From positions 22,134,001 to 22,198,000 of the forward strand of contig OZ059897.1 in NCBI GenBank assembly GCA_964057225.1: DNA of 64,000 bases. Reading direction: 5' to 3'. The position numbers and the translations under genes were made by a program. Positions 56,401-64,000 of the stretch are shown here, one piece after another. The notes under the pieces were generated by a model. The model was given only the letters and a program-made list of their open reading frames with translations, ran no database searches and had not been told where the DNA came from. This DNA comes from Auanema rhodensis. Taxonomy: Eukaryota > Animalia > Nematoda. Each line of letters opens with the position of its first letter. Positions within the stretch are counted from its first letter, which is position 1.

Positions 56401-59400
56401 GAAAGATAAAGAGATGCGGTTTTCAAAATTAGATTCCCCATGTCCATATTAGTCTAAAAACAAATTTTTATTGATATTGGTTCATGGTAACCATGACTTT
56501 GAAATTTACGTGAACTTTAATTTATGCTAATTAAATGTACACGTGATGTGCACTTGGTGTGTAACTCGCTTCACGTGAAAGATAAAGAGATGCGGTTTTC
56601 AAAATTAGATTCCCCATGTCCATATTAGTCTAAAAACAAATTTTTATTGATATTGGTGCATGGTAACCATGACTTTGAAATTTACGTGAACTTTAATTTA
56701 TGCTAATTAAATGTACACGTGATGTGCACTTGGTATGTAACTCGCTTCACGTGAAAGATAAAGAGATGCGGTTTTCAAAATTAGATTCCCCATATCCATA
56801 TTAGTTTAAAAACAAATTTTTATTGATATTGGTGCATGGTAACCATGACTTTGAAATTTACGTGAACTTTAATTTATGCTAATTAAATGTACACGTGATG
56901 TGCACTTGGTATGTAACTCGCTTCACGTGAAAGATAAAGAGATGCGGTTTTCAAAATTAGATTCCCCATGTCCATATTAGTCTAAAAACAAATTTTTATT
57001 GATATTGGTTCATGGTAACCATGACTTTGAAATTTACGTGAACTTTAATTTATGCTAATTAAATGTACACGTGATGTGCACTTGGTATGTAACTCGCTTC
57101 ACGTGAAAGATAAAGAGATGCGGTTTTCAAAATTAGATTCCCCATGTCCATATTAGTCTAAAAACAAATTTTTATTGATATTGGTGCATGGTAACCATGA
57201 CTTTGAAATTTACGTGAACTTTAATTTATGCTAATTAAATGTACACGTGATGTGCACTTGGTATGTAACTCGCTTCACGTGAAAGATAAAGAGATGCGGT
57301 TTTCAAAATTAGATTCCCCATATCCATATTAGTTTAAAAACAAATTTTTATTGATATTGGTGCATGGTAACCATGACTTTGAAATTTACGTGAACTTTAA
57401 TTTATGCTAATTAAATGTACACGTGATGTGCACTTGGTATGTAACTCGCTTCACGTGAAAGATAAAGAGATGCGGTTTTCAAAATTAGATTCCCCATGTC
57501 CATATTAGTCTAAAAACAAATTTTTATTGATATTGGTTCATGGTAACCATGACTTTGAAATTTACGTGAACTTTAATTTATGCTAATTAAATGTACACGT
57601 GATGTGCACTTGGTATGTAACTCGCTTCACGTGAAAGATAAGGAGATGCGGTTTTCAAAATTAGATTCCCCATGTCCATATTAGTCTAAAAACAAATTTT
57701 TATTGATATTGGTGCATGGTAACCATGACTTTGAAATTTACGTGAACTTTAATTTATGCTAATTAAATGTACACGTGATGGGCACTTGGTATGTAACTCG
57801 CTTCACGTGAAAGATAAAGAGATGCGGTTTTCAAAATTAGATTCCCCATATCCATATTAGTCTAAAAACAAATTTTTATTGATATTGGTTCATGGTAACC
57901 ATGACTTTGAAATTTACGTGAACTTTAATTTATGCTAATTAAATGTACACGTGATGTGCACTTGGTATGTAACTCGCTTCACGTGAAAGATAAAGAGATG
58001 CGGTTTTCAAAATTAGATTCCCCATGTCCATATTAGTCTAAAAACAAATTTTTATTGATATTGGTGCATGGTAACCATGACTTTGAAATTTACGTGAACT
58101 TTAATTTATGCTAATTAAATGTACACGTGATGTGCACTTGGTATGTAACTCGCTTCACGTGAAAGATAAAGAGATGCGGTTTTCAAAATTAGATTCCCCA
58201 TGTCCATATTAGTCTAAAAACAAATTTTTATTGATATTGGTGCATGGTAACCATGACTTTGAAATTTACGTGAACTTTAATTTATGCTAATTAAATGTAC
58301 ACGTGATGTGCACTTGGTATGTAACTCGCTTCACGTGAAAGATAAAGAGATGCGGTTTTCAAAATTAGATTCCCCATATCCATATTATTAGTTTAAAAAC
58401 AAATTTTTATTGATATTGGTGCATGGTAACCATGACTTTGAAATTTACGTGAACTTTAATTTATGCTAATTAAATGTACACGTGATGTGCACTTGGTATG
58501 TAACTCGCTTCACGTGAAAGATAAGGAGATGCGGTTTTCAAAATTAGATTCCCCATATCCATATTAGTTTAAAAACAAATTTTTATTGACATTGGTGCAT
58601 GGTAACCATGACTTTGAAATTTACGTGAACTTTAATTTATGCTAATTAAATGTACACGTGATGGGCACTTGGTATGTAACTCGCTTCACGTGAAAGATAA
58701 GGAGATGCGGTTTTCAAAATTAGATTCCCCATGTCCATATTAGTCTAAAAACAAATTTTTATTGATATTGGTTCATGGTAACCATGACTTTGAAATTTAC
58801 GTGAACTTTAATTTATGCTAATTAAATGTACACGTGATGTGCACTTGGTATGTAACTCGCTTCACGTGAAAGATAAAGAGATGCGGTTTTCAAAATTAGA
58901 TTCCCCATGTCCATATTAGTCTAAAAACAAATTTTTATTGATATTGGTGCATGGTAACCATGACTTTGAAATTTACGTGAACTTTAATTTATGCTAATTA
59001 AATGTACACGTGATGTGCACTTGGTATGTAACTCGCTTCACGTGAAAGATAAAGAGATGCGGTTTTCAAAATTAGATTCCCCATGTCCATATTAGTCTAA
59101 AAACAAATTTTTATTGATATTGGTGCATGGTAACCATGACTTTGAAATTTACGTGAACTTTAATTTATGCTAATTAAATGTACACGTGATGTGCACTTGG
59201 TATGTAACTCGCTTCACGTGAAAGATAAAGAGATGCGGTTTTCAAAATTAGATTCCCCATATCCATATTATTAGTTTAAAAACAAATTTTTATTGATATT
59301 GGTGCATGGTAACCATGACTTTGAAATTTACGTGAACTTTAATTTATGCTAATTAAATGTACACGTGATGTGCACTTGGTATGTAACTCGCTTCACGTGA

Positions 59401-59890
59401 AAGATAAGGAGATGCGGTTTTCAAAATTAGATTCCCCATATCCATATTAGTTTAAAAACAAATTTTTATTGACATTGGTGCATGGTAACCATGACTTTGA
59501 AATTTACGTGAACTTTAATTTATGCTAATTAAATGTACACGTGATGTGCACTTGGTATGTAACTCGCTTCACGTGAAAGATAAGGAGATGCGGTTTTCAA
59601 AATTAGATTCCCCATGTCCATATTAGTCTAAAAACAAATTTTTATTGATATTGGTGCATGGTAACCATGACTTTGAAATTTACGTGAACTTTAATTTATG
59701 CTAATTAAATGTACACGTGATGGGCACTTGGTATGTAACTCGCTTCACGTGAAAGATAAAGAGATGCGGTTTTCAAAATTAGATTCCCCATGTCCATATT
59801 AGTCTAAAAACAAATTTTTATTGATATTGGTTCATGATAACCATGACTTTGAAATTTACGTGAACTTTAATTTATGCTAATTAAATGTAC

Positions 59891-59906
59891 ACGTTTATAC
59901 GTTTAT
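59891..59906 (-). repeat. LINE 3'-terminal octamer repeat (ATAAACGT)x2
   Basis: Plus strand ACGTTTAT at 59891-59898 and 59899-59906. The first ACGT is shared with the satellite. CR1 elements typically end in short tandem repeats rather than poly(A). Confidence 0.8.
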
Positions 59907-59907
59907 T
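59902..59907 (-). promoter_or_regulatory. AATAAA polyadenylation-signal hexamer overlapping the tail repeat
   Basis: Plus TTTATT = minus AATAAA at the element's 3' end. Function is not demonstrable from sequence and the context is AT-rich. Confidence 0.45.
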
Positions 59908-60380
59908 GGTTTAATGTTCAATATTACAGGTTTAACGAAATGAGTAAATAATTGTGTAGTAGGATGTATAAGAACCTTACAATAGGAACAGGAAAAATAG
60001 GAAACATTATAAAACATAGTTAGGGAGAGAATGATCTGAGAATGAGTTGCAGTGAGCAGTTTCTTTCAAATTTTTCCAGTGAGAACAGGGGGTTTTGTTC
60101 AGCGAATTGCTGACCTCCGGTTGGTAGTTGTTAGGTACGGAGGTACTCATGATTCGAGCCGAGCCCGTTCTAACAATAGGAGGTAACTTGCATTCAATCC
60201 GTATGACTCATGTCTATAAGATTTGAAGCGAAGTAACAAGAAGTGTAGAAGGGTTGGAAAAAAGAAATGAAACTGTCGCACTTAGTCATAATCAGAAAAA
60301 CATTTAAAGAGAAAAAAACAAAAACGCGAAGAGTAATATGAAAAAAAAACAAAACAAAGAGATTATAACCAAGAATGAAC
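59907..60380 (-). other. LINE 3' UTR with a structured core at ~60083-60185
   Basis: Lies between the ORF2 stop (60381-60383) and the tail. U-rich on the sense strand, with several 5-7 bp inverted repeats. Confidence 0.8.
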
Positions 60381-63269
60381 TTAACTACATAAAAATGTGG
60401 AAGGATCATGTTGTGAGCCTCGTAGGGCATTGTAGAGGTGTTTCTTGAAGCTTCCGATTTTTGTTTGTTGAATTAGGTTCTCAGGTAAGGAATTCCATGC
60501 CTTTATAACTCTGTATTCGATGCCGTTTCTTGAAGTGTTTTTCCGAAGATTCGGAAAAACAACATTCCATTGGTGTCTACGTAGAGAGTGAGAAAAAAGT
60601 TTAATTTCAAAAATTCTAAATTCTGCCTCAGCTTTAATATGGTTAAAATAAAATAAAAGATCGGTTACCAGCCTTCTGGTTGATAGATCATCGGCATGAA
60701 GAGCGGTAAGCTGATCGGCGTAGCTAGAAAAAATTCCTGCCCTACAAAAAACTGCACGCAAAAACTTTTTCTGTACGTTTTCTATACGAGCTTTGTTTTT
60801 GTTATCCTGTGGTGACCATACGACTGATGCGTACTCAAGAATAGGACGAACATAGCAACAAAAAAGTCTAAACATTAAAACCGGGGATCTAGAATGAAAA
60901 CAACGTAGGATAATGCGGCATTTTTGAGCTGCCAAGTTGCTAACATAGTTGATGTGACTACCAAATAATAAGTTTTGGTCTGTTAAAACTCCGAGGTCTT
61001 TATAGCTTGATGCTAGAGACAAAGGGAACTCACCGAAAGAAAACGTTTTTTCAATTTTTTGAGATGAGCTATCATCAGAAAACACCATTATTTTAGTTTT
61101 GCTTGTGTTGACTCTCATTCCGTTGTTGTTACACCAATCATTAAGAGAATTGAGTGCATTTTGAAGACTTACCCGGTTAGTGCTGTACAGCTTGAGATCG
61201 TCAGCAAATAAAGTGGAATGAACGTCATCAGGGAGAAAAGATGTGATGTCGTTGATGTAAAAAAGAAAAAGAAGAGGGCCTAAAACAGTACCTTGGGGAA
61301 CGCCACACAATAAATTGGTAGAGTTGGAGAGAGAATTATTGACCAAAACTGAGTAAGATCTGTTTGTGATGAAATTTTTGAGAAATGATAGAAGAGAGCC
61401 ACGCACACCAATGGAGTGAAGTTTGTGGATGAGTATAGAGTGATTGATGAGGTCAAATGCTTTTGAGAAATCTATGAATGCAACAAAAACTGGTAAGTTT
61501 TTGTCGATAGATGATCTCCAAGCAATATGACTGTTGATAATGGCTGAAACCGTATTACGCTTAGGAAGAAAAGCGTGTTGGTTAGAAGATATTGAACCGG
61601 TTGAAATGCCAAAGTTGAGAAGGGGGGAGCTTATAAGACGCTCAAAAACCTTGGAGAGACTAGGAGTAAGAGATATAGGACGATAATTGGAAGGAGTAGA
61701 ACGATTGCCGGATTTGAAGATTGGTCGAATCCAAGCTTTTTTCCAAGCAGGAGGACAGGATGAGGAAACGAGAAGATTGTGAAAAATGAAAGCCAGTGGG
61801 AGAGTGAGAGAGAAAGCGCATTGTTTGAGAAAGTAGTAAGGAATTCCGTCCGGAGAAGTTGAAACTCTAAGAGGAAGATGAGAAAGAACCTTGTAGACTT
61901 TGTCCGGAGAAATATCTATGAAGTCTATGGTAGAAGAAAAAGCAGGGGAAGGATTTATTTTTTTGAAAGAAGATCCTGGTTTGACAAAAAAAGTATCTGC
62001 GAAAACAGATGCTTTATCGCTGTCGGATGAGTACGTGTTGTTTTCACATTTAATGGTGGGGATATCTGAAGTGCATGCTCCAAGACGAGCTCTGCAAAAT
62101 TGATAGAAAATTCTAGGGTTGTTGAGAGCTGCGGTTTTCTCTTCTTCAGAAGCAGATTTAAGTTTCAGAAGTCTATCAAGCTTGATAGTCAGTTTTTTGC
62201 GATGAAGTTCGTCTCGAGGGCAGATAGATGAACTAAGTCTGCTGATAAAACTAGAAAGACTAGCAATTTCTTTATCGATTTTGTTCTTTCGTTTTGGCTG
62301 CTTATAGGGAACAAACCTGTTAATGACAGAGTGAATAATTTCGATAAATTTTGTGTAGGAGTCCAGAGGAGTAAGAACGGAAAGTTCCGTAGCAAAGTCG
62401 ATGCTGGCAAGGTGGTGGTTAATTATGTTGTAATCCGCCCGAAGAAAATTGAGTTGAGCAAAGTTTGGTAAAGAAGAATTGATAGGTGAAACAACGGGAG
62501 GAAGAGACAAATCCGATCTGACAGAGTTGCTGAGTATAGAAAAAATGACAGAGTAGTGGTCGGAGTTACCTAAAGGAGAGGAACGGACTATGTTACTGAC
62601 CATAGTAGAATTATTTGTGATGATGTAGTCGAGAATATATTTTCCACGGGTAGGAAAATTTACCAGCTGATCCGAACAGCTATCTTTCAAAAATTGAAAA
62701 ATAGATCCACTGGAGGGGGACGGGCGGGAAGATTCAGAAAGATCCCAGTTGATGTAGGGAAAATTTAAATCACCTGTGATGAGGAATGAACGGTTTTTTA
62801 TATGGCCAGTAAGATCTGAAAGATAATGAGAAAAATCGGAATGAAGAGAAGAGGGAGAGCGGTAACAAACCGAAAAAACTGTGTTGATAGAAGAGATGAG
62901 TATGTTGATGAATTGGACGGAAGAAGATTGAGAAGAACAAGAAAGTAAGGTAGAGTTAATAGATTTTTTGATGAAGATAAGAGTGCCGCCGCCACGGGCT
63001 GTACACTTGTCGGCTCTGAATAGATTGTAATAGTTACCGAGCGGAATATGATTAGAGTTGAAATTGGGAAAAAGCCAGGATTCTGATATCGCAATGATAT
63101 CAGGAGATGAAATACTATGGATAGTAGTAAGAAAATGAAATTTGTTGAGAATAGAGCGTGCATTATAACAATGAACAGAAAAATTAACAGGGACACAGGA
63201 ACTGGACGTAGTTGACGGTTGTGAAGCCTTAACGAAATAACCTGTTCGTATCAGACTCAGGTTGAGATG
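60381..63269 (-). CDS. LINE ORF2: AP-like endonuclease + reverse transcriptase (962 sense codons stop-to-stop; no initiating AUG)
   Basis: The supplied 769-aa ORF starts at an internal TTG. Manual translation continues without stops to TAA at 63270-63272. EN motifs: YNARSILNK, PDIIAISESWL, RGGGTLIFIK, CYRSP, ITGDLNFPYINW, PTRGKYILDY, GNSDH. RT motifs: NYRPISL, FIDFSKAFD, GVPQGTVLGPLLF, LFADD (FADD at 61197-61208), YKDLGV. Confidence 0.93.
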   Translation of the reverse strand, partial: HLNLSLIRTGYFVKASQPSTTSSSCVPVNFSVHCYNARSILNKFHFLTTIHSISSPDIIAISESWLFPNFNSNHIPLGNYYNLFRADKCTARGGGTLIFIKKSINSTLLSCSSQSSSVQFINILISSINTVFSVCYRSPSSLHSDFSHYLSDLTGHIKNRSFLITGDLNFPYINWDLSESSRPSPSSGSIFQFLKDSCSDQLVNFPTRGKYILDYIITNNSTMVSNIVRSSPLGNSDHYSVIFSILSNSVRSDLSLPPVVSPINSSLPNFAQLNFLRADYNIINHHLASIDFATELSVLTPLDSYTKFIEIIHSVINRFVPYKQPKRKNKIDKEIASLSSFISRLSSSICPRDELHRKKLTIKLDRLLKLKSASEEEKTAALNNPRIFYQFCRARLGACTSDIPTIKCENNTYSSDSDKASVFADTFFVKPGSSFKKINPSPAFSSTIDFIDISPDKVYKVLSHLPLRVSTSPDGIPYYFLKQCAFSLTLPLAFIFHNLLVSSSCPPAWKKAWIRPIFKSGNRSTPSNYRPISLTPSLSKVFERLISSPLLNFGISTGSISSNQHAFLPKRNTVSAIINSHIAWRSSIDKNLPVFVAFIDFSKAFDLINHSILIHKLHSIGVRGSLLSFLKNFITNRSYSVLVNNSLSNSTNLLCGVPQGTVLGPLLFLFYINDITSFLPDDVHSTLFADDLKLYSTNRVSLQNALNSLNDWCNNNGMRVNTSKTKIMVFSDDSSSQKIEKTFSFGEFPLSLASSYKDLGVLTDQNLLFGSHINYVSNLAAQKCRIILRCFHSRSPVLMFRLFCCYVRPILEYASVVWSPQDNKNKARIENVQKKFLRAVFCRAGIFSSYADQLTALHADDLSTRRLVTDLLFYFNHIKAEAEFRIFEIKLFSHSLRRHQWNVVFPNLRKNTSRNGIEYRVIKAWNSLPENLIQQTKIGSFKKHLYNALRGSQHDPSTFLCS
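62545..63170 (-). other. APE (exonuclease-endonuclease-phosphatase) domain of ORF2, mostly missed by the ORF track
   Basis: All canonical catalytic residues are in one frame: N (63162-64), E (63081-83), Y (62862-64), GDxN (62763-74), D of LDY, and SDH (62556-64). Confidence 0.9.
63229..63237 (-). promoter_or_regulatory. Candidate +1 programmed ribosomal frameshift site UUU_CGU_UAA
   Basis: These are the last two sense codons and the stop of ORF1. A +1 slip (UUU to UUC) enters the ORF2 frame (UUC GUU AAG GCU). Confidence 0.55.
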
Positions 63270-63999
63270 TTATATTAGAACCGCTTTTAGATCTGGTATG
63301 GTACTCGGAATTGGTTTCAGTACAGCGTGGGGGATTTTTCCTCTTTCTGGGGCTGATTGAAAATCTCTCAACCGTAGAAAGAGGTTTGGATCTACCTGCT
63401 GAACGGTTATTCCTACCAGATTTAGAAGGCGGACTGGCTATTACAACAGTGTCGGACACAGACGGACAAGGAACGATAGGGTCATTTTGGACCACAGGAC
63501 AGAGACTGGAGACATTTTGAGAAGCATTAATGTTTGAGAGAACATGAATAGAGGGTGAAGTTGATTTACGAAGAACCTTGATAAGTTTAAGGTCGCGTAC
63601 AAGGTAAATTGATTCATTATTGTCCAGATTTTTATTTTTAGCTTCCTCACGAAGTTTTTTTTCTATTTCTACCTCGAAAGGAAGATAGTCGCGGCGAATA
63701 AAAGTTTTTGACAAACAAGCAAAGCATTTCGCTTTGTTGGACTTAATGATATCAATAATTTTGTCACGTAAATCAACTGTTGAACATGAAATTACAAGAG
63801 GACCAAGAGATTTAGATTTTAGAGTTGAACGGGTTATAGTAATTTGGTTGCTGTTAATGAGAGAAGTCAAAGTAGAGTCGTTAGATTTTTCAACGACAAG
63901 TTTTAGGAGAGAAGTGGGGTCCGAGGGTAGTTCGGATGAGTCGTGGGGAACACGAAACCACACCGCTCTATTCAAACGATAGGAAAACTTTGACTCCTC
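63229..63999 (-). CDS. LINE ORF1 (5'-partial), likely nucleic-acid-binding RRM/CTD-type protein with a basic S/P/R-rich tail
   Basis: The frame is open to the window edge (EESKFSYRLNRAVWFRVP...), so the TTG start in the track is not the true start. RAVWFRVP, LVISCS..RDKII and FIRRDY..E.E.EKKLR...N...YLVRDLK resemble invertebrate CR1-type ORF1 segments (recognised from memory, not by search). It lies directly upstream of ORF2. Confidence 0.8.
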   Translation of the reverse strand, partial: EESKFSYRLNRAVWFRVPHDSSELPSDPTSLLKLVVEKSNDSTLTSLINSNQITITRSTLKSKSLGPLVISCSTVDLRDKIIDIIKSNKAKCFACLSKTFIRRDYLPFEVEIEKKLREEAKNKNLDNNESIYLVRDLKLIKVLRKSTSPSIHVLSNINASQNVSSLCPVVQNDPIVPCPSVSDTVVIASPPSKSGRNNRSAGRSKPLSTVERFSISPRKRKNPPRCTETNSEYHTRSKSGSNITSQPESDTNRLFR

Positions 64000-64000
64000 A

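Larger units (their letters stand above)
1..59894. repeat. 176-bp tandem satellite array (340 full monomers + 50-bp partial), ~32% GC, head-to-tail, probably continuing left of the window
   Basis: The unit GACTTTGAAATTTACGTGAAC...GGTTCATGGTAACCAT restarts at 1, 177, 353, 881, 2641 and so on (period 176). The only length changes seen are -1 near 36190, -1 near 45730 and +3 near 58385 and 59268. The last monomer starts at 59845 and stops after monomer position 50. Most monomers differ from consensus at 0-4 sites. Consensus has 56 G+C in 176 nt. Confidence 0.99.
59891..64000 (-). mobile_element. CR1-like (CR1/L2 group) non-LTR retrotransposon, 3' end complete, 5' end beyond the window
   Basis: ORF1, then APE-RT ORF2, a ~490-nt 3' UTR and a short tandem-repeat tail, with no LTR, integrase or RNase H. 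The post-RT motifs YVRPILEYASVVWSP, IENVQKKF and RVIKAWNSLP are typical of CR1-group ORF2. Confidence 0.93.

Noticed and set aside
1-59894. CRISPR array or coding repeat
   Set aside because: There are no unique spacers and no cas genes, and the track reports no ORFs here. It is a pure tandem satellite.
1-59894. Inferring methylation status from retention of the five CpGs per monomer
   Set aside because: The array is too young and homogenised, and some CpG transitions are present, so it is uninformative without counts.
59932-59941. 10-bp direct repeat TTAACGAAAT shared between the 3' UTR and the frameshift site (63229-63238)
   Set aside because: Several 10-mer repeats are expected by chance in 4 kb of AT-rich sequence, and same-sense copies cannot pair. 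Worth revisiting only if conserved in relatives.
60083-60185. HDV-like or hammerhead ribozyme
   Set aside because: There is no room for HDV P3/P1.1 between the stems and no CUGANGA/GAAA hammerhead core was seen.
60194-60430. 78-aa Phe-rich ORF overlapping the ORF2 end
   Set aside because: It is a translation of the U-rich 3' UTR with no independent support.
62688-62690. TTG start for ORF2 given by the ORF track
   Set aside because: It lies inside the endonuclease domain; the frame is open for 193 more codons upstream.
62798-63196. 132-aa hydrophobic ORF on the minus strand
   Set aside because: It is an alternative frame over the endonuclease domain. Its hydrophobicity is explained by the T-rich strand and it has no recognisable motifs.
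61900-63982. Short ORFs 61900-62103(+), 62189-62410(-), 63311-63520(+), 63441-63650(-), 63734-63982(+)
   Set aside because: These are shadow frames of ORF1/ORF2, short and without motifs.

Overview
Eukaryotic (probably invertebrate animal) repetitive DNA in two parts. (1) 1-59894 is an uninterrupted head-to-tail satellite array of 340 full copies plus one partial copy of a 176-bp, ~32% GC monomer. The copies are extremely homogeneous, rich in dyad symmetries and ACGTGA/E-box motifs, and organised into nested multi-monomer tandem duplications (5-, 8-, 10-, 15-, 23- and 25-mers). (2) 59891-64000 is an apparently intact CR1-like non-LTR retrotransposon on the minus strand, with its 5' end outside the window. 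Hand translation shows that ORF2 (APE endonuclease + RT) extends well beyond the supplied ORF call, to 60381-63269. It has no AUG ahead of the endonuclease and overlaps the end of ORF1 in the +1 frame. ORF1 ends UUU_CGU_UAA, which matches the UUU_CGN +1 ribosomal frameshift motif of influenza PA-X and amalgaviruses. This is the best candidate for a new mechanism here. The element's 3' end is an (ATAAACGT)2 tail that joins the satellite at a shared ACGT inside the CACGTG motif, and its 3' UTR contains a cluster of complementary segments that could fold as a pseudoknot or a switch. All repeat comparisons were made by eye.
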